Shown in pieces: positions 1 to 11,510 of a stretch of DNA of 64,000 nt. Origin of the DNA: Caecitellus pseudoparvulus (taxonomy: Eukaryota > Protista > Bigyra: Bicosoecida); NCBI GenBank assembly GCA_965644315.1, contig CBFFRQ010000068.1, positions 620,001 through 684,000 on the forward strand. Direction: 5' to 3'. Position 1 is the stretch's first letter. Each line of letters starts with the position of its first letter. The position numbers were made by a program, and so were the translations under genes. The notes under the pieces are model-generated. The model was not told the origin of the DNA and made no database searches. It saw only the letters and a list, made by a program, of their open reading frames with translations.

Positions 1-3000
1 TGGCGCTTGACCATGCCCGCCAATTGGGCCTTGGCCAGGGCACGCCACACGTCTGCGTCGCTGTGCTCGTCGAAGGGGTCCAGGTTGCTGCGCACGGTGC
101 CGGAGAACAGCGTGGGTTCCTGGGGGATGATGGCCAGGGCACGCCGGCGCAGGTCGTGCAGGCCCAGCGTGGACACGTCCACGCCGTCGATGGAGATGCG
201 GCCGCCGCTGGGCTCCACGATGCGGTAGAGGCCCTGGAAGACGGTGCTCTTGCCGGCGCCAGTGCGGCCGACGAGGCCCACCTTCTCCCCTGCGCCCAGG
301 GTGAAGCTGACGCCCTTGAGGACGGGGGGCAGGTCGGGGCGGTACTTGAGCTGCACGGCGTCAAAGGTGACTTCGCCTCGCTGGGGCCAGGAGGGCGGCG
401 GCGCGCCGTCCTCCACTGCCAGGGGCGCCTCCTCGTCCACGTCAATGTACTCCAGCACGCGCTCCACGGAGTTGAACGTGTTCTCAGCCATGGTGGAGAA
501 GCGCACCAGCTGCCCCAGCTGCTGGGCGAAGGTGAGGGCGTAGGAGAGGGAGAGGCCCACCAGGGACGCCTGCAGGGAGTCCCGGGACAGGATGGCGAAG
601 ACGGCAGCCGCCAGGACCAGGACGGCGGAGAGGGACTCCAGGCGCAGGCTGAGCCAGCGGTTGGTCTGGAAGTACAGCAGGACGACGGAGATGTTGGTGT
701 CCAGCTTGCCCTCGTTGTCGGCGCGCATGCGGTCCTCGGCGCCGTACGCCCGGATGACAGCCATGCCGTCCAGCGTCTCGGTGAAGTGCGCGTACAGGGG
801 GGAGCGTGACACGGCGTCCACGCGCTTGAGCTCACGGGACGTGCGGCGGAAGAGGTCCTGGATGATGAAGAAGGCGGCGCCGGCGGGGACGAAGAGGACG
901 ATGGTGTAGGGGGACACCACCGCCACCACCACTGCCGTGCCCAGCAGGGAGAAGACGGCGCCCATCCACAGGATGATGTTGAACAGCACCTGCGTGTCCA
1001 TCTCCCGGATGTCCTTGGTGGCCCGGTTCAGGACGCGGCCCAGGGGCGTGGAGTGCATGAACGCCATGGGCACACGCAAGAGGGAGTGCAGGAGGCTGCG
1101 GTGCAGGGCCTCGGACGCGGCCAGGGTGCCCAGGGCGAAGATGAGGGAGGTGGCCAGGGCGGTGAGGGAGAAGACGATGGACAGGGCGAAGTACACGCCC
1201 ATGTACACGTCCACGCCCAGGCCCAGGGTGTCGTCGCTCCACTCTGCCAGCCAGAAGTTGGAGCCCACGCGGGCAGCAGTGCCCAGCACTTGCAGCAGGA
1301 GCAGCACGACCACCAGGCGCACGCCCCCCGCTTGCTGTGCGTAGCGAAGGTACACGTCTGAGGAGATGGCGCCGGTGGCGCGTTGCTCCACCTGCGTAAT
1401 ACGCGCCTTGGCAGCCTCCTCCTTGCTCAACACGCCACCACGGCGCCGGGGCTTGGCCCTGCTGCCACCGACAGGCGGGGGCGCCGCACCGCTGGAACTC
1501 GCGCCAGGCGGTGCTGGAGCAGCCGCCGCCTTCGGGGCAGGCGCAGCAGCCCCATCCAGGCCGCCCGCCGCTTCAGCAGCGCCATCCACCTCCGCCGCAT
1601 CCCCCTCTGCCTCCGCCTCGGCTGCCGCCACCTCAGCCATGAGGGCCTGCAGGTGCCCGTCGCTGCGGGCCATGAGGTCTGCGTAGGAGCCGCTCTCAGC
1701 CACGGTGCCGTCCGCGACGACGACGACCTGGTCGCAGTCGGCGAGGAAGTGCAGTTGGTTGGTCGCCATCACACGCGTGCGGGTGGACAGGAAACCCTTG
1801 ACGCACTGCCGGAAGAGCTGTGCGCCCACCTTCGCGTCCAGCGCCGACAGCACATCGTCCATGATGACGATGTCACTGTTCGCGTACACGGCGCGGGCCA
1901 TGTTCACGCGCTGGCGCTGGCCGCCGGACAGGTTCACGCCCCGCTCACCGATCTCCGTCAGGTCCCGGCCAGCCCACTGGTCCAGGTCGGGCTCCAGGCA
2001 GCACGCCTTGACGACGTCCCAGTACCGGCCCTCGTCCCAGGGCGAGCCGAACAGGATGTTCTCCCGCACAGTGGCGTTGATGATGAAGGCCTTCTGCGAA
2101 GCGAAGGACACGGCGCCCTTGGTGGCCACCCTGCCCTCCCGCAGCTCGCAGGCCCCCAGCATGGCGCTGAGCAGGCTGCTCTTGCCGGAGCCCGTGGACC
2201 CCACGACGCCCACGAGGGACCCCGGGGCGATGTCCACGTTCACCTCCTGCAGCACCACCTGCCCCTTGCCAGTGGCGGCAGGGGAGGAGGGCGCCGTGCC
2301 GTCGGCGGGGGGAGCCCCCTCTCCTGCCTTGGCGGCGGAGGTGGGCGTCTTGGACTCCCACGAGAACCAGCCGTCCTGAATGCTGATGGCGCCGGTGTCC
2401 AGGGAGGCGTCCCCCGCGCCCACCGTGCTGGGCAGGGAGTCCGCGGCGATTTCCCCCGCGGCCAGGAAGGACGCGATGCGCTTCATGGAGACGTTGACTT
2501 GGATGATGACGGAGGCGGAGCGCGGCAGCATGAGGATGGGGAAGTACAGGAGCTGGATGAGGGAGAGGGCGAAGAAGGCGTTGTCGGCGTCCAGGGCGCC
2601 GGTGATGATGGCGTAGGCGCCGAAGCAGCCAATGGCCAGCAGGATGGGGTTGAAGTTCACCAGGAACAGGATGACGCCCATGATGCTGTTGAACTGCCAG
2701 AGCCACCCCAGCTCCTCCCGGCGCAGGCCCTCCACGCGCTGCTCGAAGGCGGGCTCGTACCCGAACAGCTTGATGACCTGCATGCCGCTGAGCACCTCTG
2801 AAATGGCCTTCACGCGCTTGTCCCCGGCAGCCAGCATCTTCTTCATGACGCCCCCACTGCGGGCCATGGCCACGCCCTGGGCGGGGATGGCCAGCAGCAG
2901 CAGGGCGACGCCGGCGAAGGCGGCCGAGCCCAGGCCCTGGTACAGCAGGTACAGCCCGAAGCCGATGCGGAGGGGCGCGCTCCACACCACGTGCAGGGTC

Positions 3001-4676
3001 TGCGCCAGCTGGTCCACCTTCTCCGAGTCGGAGGACATGAGGTTGGAGATCTGCCCCAGGCTGCGCGCGTTGCGCTCGTCGTTGGATAGGCGCAGGGCCT
3101 TGTCGTAGATGGCGGCGGTGAGGGCGGCACGGCCCTTGGCGCCGGCCTTGATGACGGTGTCGAAGTACGCGTTCTCCATGACGCTGGTGAAGACGATGGA
3201 GGCGAACATGCCTGCGCCCAGCAGGTACCCCGCCTCGGAGGAGGTGGCGAAGGTGCCGTCGTCCCCCGACCCCACCAGGCGGATGAGTTCCCGCAGGAGG
3301 AGGGGGGACACGTACTGCCCCGCGTTGGACAGCAGCAGGAACACGCCGCCGCACCAGAACTCCGCCCCGAAGGCGCTCTGCAGCGACTTGAACACGCTGT
3401 GCTTGGCGTCCTTGTGCTGGGCCCACCCGTCCATGAAACGCCCCAGGACGACAGACGCGTGGAAGGGCAGGCGCAGGGGGTACACGTCCTCCAGCTCCAG
3501 GGGGCGACTGGCGCCCAGGGTGATGAGGGGGTCCATCCAGCTGAACGTGTACAGGGAGCAGCAGGAGGCGGTGTCTTCCGGGTGAGGTTGTACGGCTGCC
3601 GTGGGCGCGCCGGGGGGTGCTGAGCCTGGTGCCTCCCCCCCAGGCGCCTTGCTGCCTGCCGCAGACGCTGCGAGGGGTGTGGCGATGGAGCTGTCCATGT
3701 ACTGTGCCATGGCGGTGGCCACTCGTGCCTCGGGATCCGGTGTGCCCTCGACATCCCCCCCCCCCTCAGTCGGGGCGGCGCCGGGTGCCTTGGCCCCTGC
3801 ACTGGTGCTCTTGGAGGGGCCTGCCTCGCTGTCCTCTGGCACGCCGCCCTCCTGCACTGCAGCGCGCAACTGCTGCAGCAGGGCCAGGTCGGAGGGTGCG
3901 ACCAGCCAGAAGGTGCCGACGAGGCCCAGTTTGGCGGCGAAGGCGACGAGGGTGAAGACGAGAGGGGCCACTCGGCTGGGCATGCGGGCCAGGGCCACGC
4001 GCGTGTTCAGGCGAACGGCGTCCACCACCAGGGCAAAGGTCCAGAGGAAGGGCAGGATCCAGCGACCCGCCGACGCGAAGCGGGGCACTTCCGCCGCCAG
4101 CGCCGCCCCAGCCAGCGCCCACACGACGACGCCCAGGGACTCGGACAGCAGCTCGAAGGGGGCGTAGTCCCCCTCCGCCACCAGCGTGATGAGGGTGGCC
4201 AGGCAGCTCACCGCCACGACGCCCACACAGGCGCCGGCGCCGATGGCCCAGGAACGGGGCAGGGAAGCCAGGCCGCCCGGTAGGGGGCGCACGGCGCGCA
4301 GCTGCACCAGGCGCCAGATGAGGAACCCCAAAAAACACAGCTGCACGGCCCCTCGCAGCACGAGGTCCTCAAAGCACGGAGTTGAAGCTGCAGACGCCAC
4401 GTGCAAGTGTGTGAGAGAGATTTCCCTGCCTGCACCGCACACGCCGCGCTCGCCGTACCCTTCAAACTCAGGTCCGACAGGTCACTCAGAGTCCACTCGG
4501 ATGACTGTGGAAGGGGGGTCAGCACGTGGCGTGCGCGCTGGCACAGGGGTACGCCTTGTGAGAGCGGCGGAAGACCGACCGCTGCGGAAATTGACAACCC
4601 GCACATCCGCAACTTGCCGCACCTGGCAGAAATCGTCCAGGGCACTGGACCCTGCGCTGCTCCCAGCGCCTGACAT
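1..4676 (-). CDS. ABC transporter, ABCC/MRP family (3' end runs off the window)
   Basis: Minus-strand translation gives NBD1 Walker A GSTGSGKSS (~2170-2200) and signature TEIGERGVNLSGGQRQRVNMARAVY (~1885-1960). NBD2 shows GRTGAGKS (~250-275) and SIIPQEPTLFSGTVRSNLDPF (~70-135), with TM segments between. It is absent from the ORF track because the stop lies outside the window. The start at 4676 (short first exon) is tentative. Confidence 0.95.
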
Positions 4677-4992
4677 GTTGTTGGGTGATAACTAGTGCTG
4701 GGGAGAGGGGAGGCAATCCACGAAGCGCTGCACGCTTGGAAAGCTGGCCTCGCGATAATATGCTTGGAACGCGAGGGTCGCAAATGAAACAGAAGACCGC
4801 GCACGCACCCCACGTGGGTTTCACAAAAGTCAACCCACAGAGTGTGAGTGTGCACCGTGAGAGAGGGGTGTGTATTGTGATGTACGTTTTGCCTTGCAGA
4901 CGACTCTGCACACCGCACAGCCAGAGAGGCACCTCAGCAACGTCGGCGGCAACTCGGGGCACACGCGGACTCCTCAGGGACGCATCGGCGGC

Positions 4993-5437
4993 ATGGCAGG
5001 CATGCACCCTCAGTTCCTCCGGAGCAACTTCAAGACGTGGAAGGTGCTTGCCACTGTGTTTGTCGCGGGCTGGGGCTTGAAGCTGGCGCTGTACGGTCTG
5101 GTGCGAAGCGCATGACGTGGCATGCAGCCCTGCCCTCCGTGCTCCGCACTGAGCCGTGCTGCCCCTGCACCAGACAAAGAACAAGATGGACGAGGTGAAT
5201 GAGGCGCAGGAAAAGTTGATTCAGCAGGTGAGCACGCCTCTGCCACGCAAGGCGTGCTGGCTGCACAATACTGCGAAACGCTTGCGAAACGCGCAGACGC
5301 TGGCCAAGCAGAGGTTGACGACAGACCCAGTGCAGGAGTTGGACATGGACGCCGTGCACAGCATGGTGGCCCAGCAGGCTGCCTTGTGGAAGGCACGCGA
5401 CAAGGCGCGGGGAGTAGTGCCAGAGCCCCGCGAGTGA
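4993..5437 (+). CDS. Small hypothetical single-TM protein (probably 3 exons)
   Basis: Spliced reading MAGMHPQFLRSNFKTWKVLATVFVAGWGLKLALYGL / TKNKMDEVNEAQEKLIQQ / TLAKQRL...PEPRE*, using GT-AG sites; codon usage is host-like. The start may lie further upstream. Confidence 0.5.
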
Positions 5438-5450
5438 AGCTGGCAGCTGG

Positions 5451-6361
5451 CTACACTCGCTCGGAATCAGCTGACTGCGGCTGGGCGGCCTTGCGCAGGA
5501 CCAGGCCATAGTTCACCGACGTATCCCGCGTGACGCACCACTTTCCAGTCAGGGGGTTGTACGCGAATCCCTGGGAGCGCTCCAGGTGCAGCTCAGGCAC
5601 CGCCTGCATCACTTCGCCCGGCGTCACGAACTGCCTCCACGAGTGCGTGCCGTGGGGGACGATGCCCAGCACCACCTCCGCCGCCACGATGGCCAATGCA
5701 AAGGACGCCGCCGTGCGGTTGATGGTGGTGACCACCAGTGCCCCGCCCGGCCGCACTGCGGACGCACAGTCGCGCAGAAACGCTCGCGGGTCAGCGACGT
5801 GCTCCACCGTTTCTGACGTCACCACCACGTCAAAGCCGCCAGCCGGGACATTCTGCAGGAGGAGTGCGCCGTCTTCCCCCTTGGGCGGGGGCGCCTCCCC
5901 CCCCTGCCCCAGCACATGAGGCAGCAAGTCCTCCACTAGCACTGCGCCGTACGTCACACTACCCTCGCCCAGGCACCGGCCTGCAGCATGCGCAGCAGCA
6001 GCCGCGACGTTCGCCTGCCCTGCGTCCACACCCACAACATGGGCGCCCCTGCGGGCGAGGGCCTCTGTCAAGATGCCGCCGCCACACCCGACATCCAGGA
6101 CGTGTGCGCCGGGCAGGTCGCCAGCAAGCTCCACCAGCGGCACGCGCACGTCATTCATGCGGTGCAAACCACCGAACTCGGGACTCGTCTCGTTCCACCA
6201 CTGGTGAGAAATGGCTGCAAACTTCTCTACTTCCCGGGGCAAGGCGCTGCTGCCAGGTGCGCTGGTGGCCCTGGGATGCGAAGCGGGGCGGAGTGCGGAA
6301 TTTGGAAGCCAGGAAACACGCTGCCGGCACCTCCTCACATGCACCGCACAGCGCGAACCAT
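5451..6361 (-). CDS. COQ3: Ubiquinone biosynthesis O-methyltransferase (UbiG/COQ3)
   Basis: Motifs EVEKF..SHQWW, LHRMN.VR, VLDVGCGGGILTEALAR, ETVEHV, TINRT and GTH.W. The start is inferred via a short first exon. Confidence 0.93.
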
Positions 6362-6948
6362 GCCTCGTGAAGCCACTCTAGAGCACAGACCCAGCATTTT
6401 GCGGCCGTGACGCGTTGCTGATCAGACAAATGCAGACTGCAACCCCGGCAGCTGGCGTGCTGGCCAGAGCGAGCCGACAGGCCAATAGTGCCCTTCCGTC
6501 AGGCAGGTCCTGCGGGAGGCCAAGGCGACACAGTCCTTGTCAGGGGGTTGAGGGGCCTTCAAAATCGCAGTGTGTTGTGTGTAGGGTTGGTTGTTTGGCA
6601 AACCTCGTTCTGTGCGGAGTTGAGGCTTGACTGAAACAGGCCTGATTGGGGTTCGGATCACAATGTCACGGATTGCTGGATCAGACAACACCAGCTGCGA
6701 TACCACGTGCACGATAGTACCTTTGCCCCCTCCAGGATTGCACAGCAGCAGGTCTCACCCAGGCACAACACAACGCCAACCTCCAACGCAGGCCCCCCTC
6801 CACCCCCCAACGCTGTCCCGGACCTCTTCCCCGACTCAGTGTTTCGACAGCGACGTGGTCGACCGGACTGCTTTGTCGGGATTTGGCACCCGGGTGCCGG
6901 ACCAAGCTGCAACTCTGTGACTCCGCCCTGCACTCCACGCGCGGAGCA

Positions 6949-8643
6949 ATGTCTGCACCAGCTTTCCCAGCAGCTCTTGCGGGGCTTCAGGCTGCCGCTG
7001 CGCAGGGATCGTGTCGCCCAAGCGCAGGTGCGGAAATCGCTGCTCTGCCGTTGCACTCCGCAGTGCACCCACAGCTCACCAGCCACTTGCTATGTGCATA
7101 CAGAGGAGGAAGAGAGGACGACAGGGGAAGAATACGACAGCATCCTCCTCTCTCGCAAGCAGAAGCGCGAGTCCAGCTCCACGTTTGCCATCATCCCCCG
7201 CCTGCTGAGCAGTGGCGTGCGTGCAACGCGACGCTTGTCCGGCTTGGGCGCGCCTGCTCACTGCCCTGGCTCTCTCTTCTGCAGAGCGCCAGTGCAGAGG
7301 CGGACGAAGCGCGAGACACATCAGACAAGAGTTTGCAGTCTGACTTTCGAGAGCTGGCGCGGCTGGCTGTGCACAGCACAGCGGTGTCGGCGCGGGCCGA
7401 CGCGCTGCCATCGGCTGCCGAGCTCAAAGCCCTGGGGGAGGCACTGGCGCAGCACAGCCACCACGCGAAGGAAGACGTCCCCGAGGAACTGCCCGAGTTC
7501 GGGTCCCACAGCCAGGCCGCGGCGCCCCCCCCCCACACGACCCTCAAAGACCACCTGCGCCTGGACTATGACGCGTTTTGCCAGGTGCGGGACGGGGCGC
7601 CACCCGCCCTGGCGGCACTCATGCGAGGCAGTGACTTCGCCCACTTGCCGCGAGATGGCGAGGGGTGTGTGGCTGCCGCAGCCGTGCACGAGTACGTGTG
7701 CGCGCGGGTGCAGGTGGGCGTGCTGCGTTGCCAGCTGTCCACCTACGACGTTGACTCCGCCGACGGCTTGACGGAGGAGCAGCTGGAGAACTACGTCTTC
7801 GACCTGATGCCGGAGCTGCCCCCCCTGCAGGCGCTGGAGGACGAGTTCGTGCCTTTCTTCGTCTTCCACGCTGTGCGCAAGCTGCTGTTCAGCGTCGGCA
7901 GCAGGGCGGGGCGCGTGCCCATCCCCGCCCTCGCTGCCTCGCCCGCGCTGGCCGCCCTGCACGACCTCAAGTCGGCACCCATGCCAGGCAAGGGCGCACC
8001 TCGCCTGCCCCGAGTGGGCCTGCACACACCCCCTGGCACACCCCCCCCCCCGGGCCCCCTCGCCTCCCGCTGGTTCTCCCCCGCCTCAGCCATTTTCGTG
8101 TACAATGCGTACTTGACCCTGGACTCGGCCGGCACAGGCATGCTGTCGGCCAAGGAGCTGGGCGCCTACGGCAGTGGGAGCTGGAACAGCGTCTTCCTGG
8201 ATGCCCTGCTCTCCGAGGTGGCCACCTTCCAGGAGGGCGTCCTGGACTACAAGGGGTACTTGGACTTCGTCCTGGCCGCCGAGTGCCGGCACACGCTGCC
8301 TGGCATGCGGTACGCTTTCCGCGTCCTGGACAGGGGCGCCAAGGGGCTCGTGTCGCACGAGGACATCCACTACTTCTTTCGCGGCATCAACGCCAAGCTG
8401 GCGGAGGCGGGCGAGGAGACCGTGCCGCCCGCCTCCATCCTCACGGAGCTGCTGGACATGGTGTCCCCCGCCGCGCCGGAGGACGGCGTCACCATGCAGG
8501 ACCTCTTGCGGTGCCGCATGGGCCCGACCTTCCTGCACTGCCTCACGGACGTGCGGGGCTTCTGGCTGTACTCCAACCGGGAGCTGCTCATGCATTCCGA
8601 GGAGGACGGCAGCGGGCAGGCTCACAGCTCAGGGGGCCTCTAA
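6949..8643 (+). CDS. PPP2R3C: PP2A regulatory subunit B'' gamma (PPP2R3C/FASS/TON2-like), EF-hand protein
   Basis: Motifs EQLENYVFDLMP, HAVRK, WFSP.SA..VY..YL.LD..G.GMLS..EL, LDYKGYLDFVLA and ELLDMVSP. Two 5' introns inferred. Confidence 0.85.
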   Translation: MSAPAFPAALAGLQAAAAQGSCRPSAGAEIAALPLHSAVHPQLTSHLLCAYRGGREDDRGRIRQHPPLSQAEARVQLHVCHHPPPAEQWRACNATLVRLGRACSLPWLSLLQSASAEADEARDTSDKSLQSDFRELARLAVHSTAVSARADALPSAAELKALGEALAQHSHHAKEDVPEELPEFGSHSQAAAPPPHTTLKDHLRLDYDAFCQVRDGAPPALAALMRGSDFAHLPRDGEGCVAAAAVHEYVCARVQVGVLRCQLSTYDVDSADGLTEEQLENYVFDLMPELPPLQALEDEFVPFFVFHAVRKLLFSVGSRAGRVPIPALAASPALAALHDLKSAPMPGKGAPRLPRVGLHTPPGTPPPPGPLASRWFSPASAIFVYNAYLTLDSAGTGMLSAKELGAYGSGSWNSVFLDALLSEVATFQEGVLDYKGYLDFVLAAECRHTLPGMRYAFRVLDRGAKGLVSHEDIHYFFRGINAKLAEAGEETVPPASILTELLDMVSPAAPEDGVTMQDLLRCRMGPTFLHCLTDVRGFWLYSNRELLMHSEEDGSGQAHSSGGL

Positions 8644-8673
8644 TGCAGCCCTCTCCCCTCGTGTGCCGCCCCC

Positions 8674-11148
8674 TTACAATTTGTTGCCGTACTGGCCAGA
8701 GCGGGGCAGAGCCCCCCGCCGCCGGGAGCCATCCCCCCCCGCTGTCGCCACGCCCCCCTCCTTGTCCTGTGCACACTCCAAGTACACCTCCAGGGGCGGT
8801 GGGCCAGGCTCAGAGGTGCTGGCGCCGCCACTCCCCCGTGCCTGGATGACTGCCGTCGCATGCCGGCGCTCTGCCAGCTGGCTGGCTCGCAGGATGTCCC
8901 GTGCCGAGAAGCCGTCTGTGGCGGTGACCAGCTGGTCCACTGCAGCGGGGGGCAGGGCGGCGGCGTACTTCTCCCAGATGGCCCTGCGCGCGGTGGCGTC
9001 TGGCAGCTCGAACTGCAGGGTGAGGGCCACACGTGAGAGCAGGGCGGGGTCCAGGGCCTCCTCGCGGTTGGTGGCCAGCACCACTGTCACGCGGGCGGCG
9101 GCGGCGGCATCGATGCCCTCCAGCCACTTGAGGAAGATGCTCAGGTGGCGGGCGTCGTACTCGTCAGAGGTGTGCCCACGCGCCCGGCCGCGGTGGGGGA
9201 AGAAGGTGTCTGCCTCGTCCACGAACAGCACAGCGCCTTGCGGCAGGCTGGACAGCGTGCGCAGCACCTTGTCCAGCGCCTGCTGGCTCTTGCCGTACAG
9301 CGCCGAGGCAATGCTCTCGAAGGACAGGCACACGAGGGGCACGTCCACTTCCGCTGCAATGACGCGGGCGGTGGTGGTCTTGCCTGTGCCGGGGGGGCCT
9401 GCGAACAGGTACACGCCGGACTGGTGCGCGGCCTTGGGCTGCTCCCCGTCCACACCCCTCGCAGCCGCTGCCACTCGCGCGAAGACGCCAGGGTGCTGGC
9501 GAGGCAGGAGGATGTTCTCCTGCACTGCCTGGCGCACGGCAGGGTACCCTGCCAAGTCGCCCCACCCCACCCCCTCCGCTACATGGCTGTCCTGCGTGTA
9601 CACCTCACAGGGCAGGTCTGCCAGCTCAGGTGGCACGTCTTCACCATGCACGACGGCGGGGGGGCCGTCCCCCCCACCTTCGCTGCGCCCGTGCTCCTTG
9701 CCAGCCGCTGCCTGAGACTGCAGGGCTGACAGCAGCGCGTTCAGGTTTGTCGGCCCACCAGCGGCTGGCGTGGGCTGCGCCAGGCTGCCGTCGCCTACCA
9801 GGGCACCCAGCGCACTGCGCACGAGGTCCGCTTCAAAGCGCGCCCCTGGGCGCCCGAGGAAGTGGCTCACAAACTCCGCGGCCACCCCCTGCAGATGTGG
9901 CGGGAGGGGGCTGAACCCCGAGCTCGCTGTCCACGGCGTCAAGTGCCCCGGCACAGCCGCTGGTGGCAGGGCAACCTGCGCACCAGCACCAGCGCTAGCC
10001 CAGTGCTCGAAGAGCCAGGCCAGGAATCGCTGGCCCAGCCAGTCCAGGCGTGCCTGGCGCTTGGCTGCCCAGGCGGCCTGGCCTGCTGTGTGCTGGATGG
10101 GGGGCAGGGGGCCGCCTTCCTCCACGATGGCAGCAGTGGGCCCCTCCTCCAGGCCCCGCTTGCGCGAGGCGCTGGTGTCAAATACCCTCATGTCCACGTC
10201 TGCCGCCACTGCTCGCCAATAACTCCACTCCGTCAACAAGTCACCCGCTGCGCCCTTCAGCCAGCGCTGGAATGACGGCGGGTACGCTGCCAAGGCGCGC
10301 TGAACGGAGGGTGAAGGCGAGCCCAGGGGGTAATCCTGCTGCAGTCCGACACCCGAGGGTGGGAGCGGGGCCGCAGCATGCCGCAAGGCAGGCGCTGCAG
10401 AGGGGGGCAGCCGCATGACCCAGGCCGCCGCGAGGGCCCCTGGAACACCTTCGGCAACGGCTCGCGGGATGCCACTCGAAGGAACGTGCAGCGTCAGCGT
10501 GCCTGCTAGAACGTCCAAGGTGCAGATGGTCGGTGGCGCGTCAGCCTGGGCAGGTGTCTGCTGCACACGAACCTCCACCACGTCAGCTGGCCAGGGGGCG
10601 CCAGGGGCCAGTGTTTGCCACTGACTGCCGAAGCGCCCTTCAATGGCCACTGCACCGCCTGGCAGCTTAGGTGTGTCCAGGCCTGACGCAGCAAGCAGCG
10701 CTTGCATTTCAGCTGCGCTGGCGCCAGGGAAGCTGAGCACTACGTCCACTGGTGTCGGGGGAGGAGTGGCCATGGCGCGCCGCGCCGCGTCAGCTGCTCG
10801 TGCACTAACGACTGGAGTGCGCACACTGACCCGGGCAAGGCCAGTTGCCACGGGGCTCGACCAGCCAGGTTCTCCCAAGGCTGTGCTGCGAACCTTTGTG
10901 AGCTCACCGCGCAGCAAGCGAGCCAGCGAAGCACGGCTCAGCAGTGCCTCCTCCTCCTCGGCACCCACACATGATGCTGAGCACAGGGCACCAAGGGCAC
11001 ATGCAATGCCAGTAATCAAGCCAGGGGCGTGCTTGCTGTCTCCATCGGTCCACGCAGTGGCCAGTGCGGGGGCCGCGTTTCGATGGAGGTGGAGGAAACG
11101 CCGAGTGCGCCCCACACGGGCCAAGGCCAGCACTCTCCTATGCAGCAT
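8674..11148 (-). CDS. AAA+ ATPase with long N-terminal region, possibly mitochondrial
   Basis: Walker A GPPGTGKT, Walker B LFVDEAD, sensor ATN and Arg finger ALLSR. The N-terminus is Arg-rich (MLHRRVLALARVGRTRR). Confidence 0.88.
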   Translation of the reverse strand: MLHRRVLALARVGRTRRFLHLHRNAAPALATAWTDGDSKHAPGLITGIACALGALCSASCVGAEEEEALLSRASLARLLRGELTKVRSTALGEPGWSSPVATGLARVSVRTPVVSARAADAARRAMATPPPTPVDVVLSFPGASAAEMQALLAASGLDTPKLPGGAVAIEGRFGSQWQTLAPGAPWPADVVEVRVQQTPAQADAPPTICTLDVLAGTLTLHVPSSGIPRAVAEGVPGALAAAWVMRLPPSAAPALRHAAAPLPPSGVGLQQDYPLGSPSPSVQRALAAYPPSFQRWLKGAAGDLLTEWSYWRAVAADVDMRVFDTSASRKRGLEEGPTAAIVEEGGPLPPIQHTAGQAAWAAKRQARLDWLGQRFLAWLFEHWASAGAGAQVALPPAAVPGHLTPWTASSGFSPLPPHLQGVAAEFVSHFLGRPGARFEADLVRSALGALVGDGSLAQPTPAAGGPTNLNALLSALQSQAAAGKEHGRSEGGGDGPPAVVHGEDVPPELADLPCEVYTQDSHVAEGVGWGDLAGYPAVRQAVQENILLPRQHPGVFARVAAAARGVDGEQPKAAHQSGVYLFAGPPGTGKTTTARVIAAEVDVPLVCLSFESIASALYGKSQQALDKVLRTLSSLPQGAVLFVDEADTFFPHRGRARGHTSDEYDARHLSIFLKWLEGIDAAAAARVTVVLATNREEALDPALLSRVALTLQFELPDATARRAIWEKYAAALPPAAVDQLVTATDGFSARDILRASQLAERRHATAVIQARGSGGASTSEPGPPPLEVYLECAQDKEGGVATAGGDGSRRRGALPRSGQYGNKL

Positions 11149-11342
11149 CAGGCAGTGAAACTTGCAACCAGATGAACCACAACTAATGTGAACAAGAACT
11201 GGCATCTGTAGCTTGGGCTGTGTCGGTCACAAACAGTGTGTTTGTGCTGTGAAAGTGCTGGGATGGACGGAGTGAAGCGCCAGCACGCTTTCTGAATCAA
11301 TGTTGTGTATAGATTCTCACATTTTGTCCTTTACGGCATGCA

Positions 11343-11416
11343 GCAGATGTAGCTCAGTTGGTTAGAGCGTCCGCTTCACACGCGGGAAGTCATGGGTTCG
11401 AACCCCATCATTTGTA
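11343..11416 (+). tRNA. tRNA-Val (CAC)
   Basis: Cloverleaf: acceptor GCAGATG/CATTTGT, D arm GCTC/GAGC, anticodon stem TCCGC/GCGGG with loop TTCACAC, T arm ATGGG-TTCGAAC-CCCAT. Followed by a T6 run. Confidence 0.93.
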
Positions 11417-11418
11417 CA

Positions 11419-11424
11419 TTTTTT
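11419..11424 (+). terminator. RNA Pol III terminator (T6) of tRNA-Val
   Basis: TTTTTT 2 nt after the discriminator base. Confidence 0.7.
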
Positions 11425-11510
11425 CGCTCACTGGCCGGCTCGCTTTTCTTTCTTCCGCACCATTTTGGTCCGCAACGTGGCGCAGTGTGAACAAGGAGAC
11501 GTGTATTCAC

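Noticed and set aside
24-4700. Long plus-strand and alternate-frame ORFs over the ABCC gene (e.g. 1383-2801, 1945-3426)
   Set aside because: Shadow ORFs produced by high GC3 codon bias; the real gene is the minus-strand ABCC frame.
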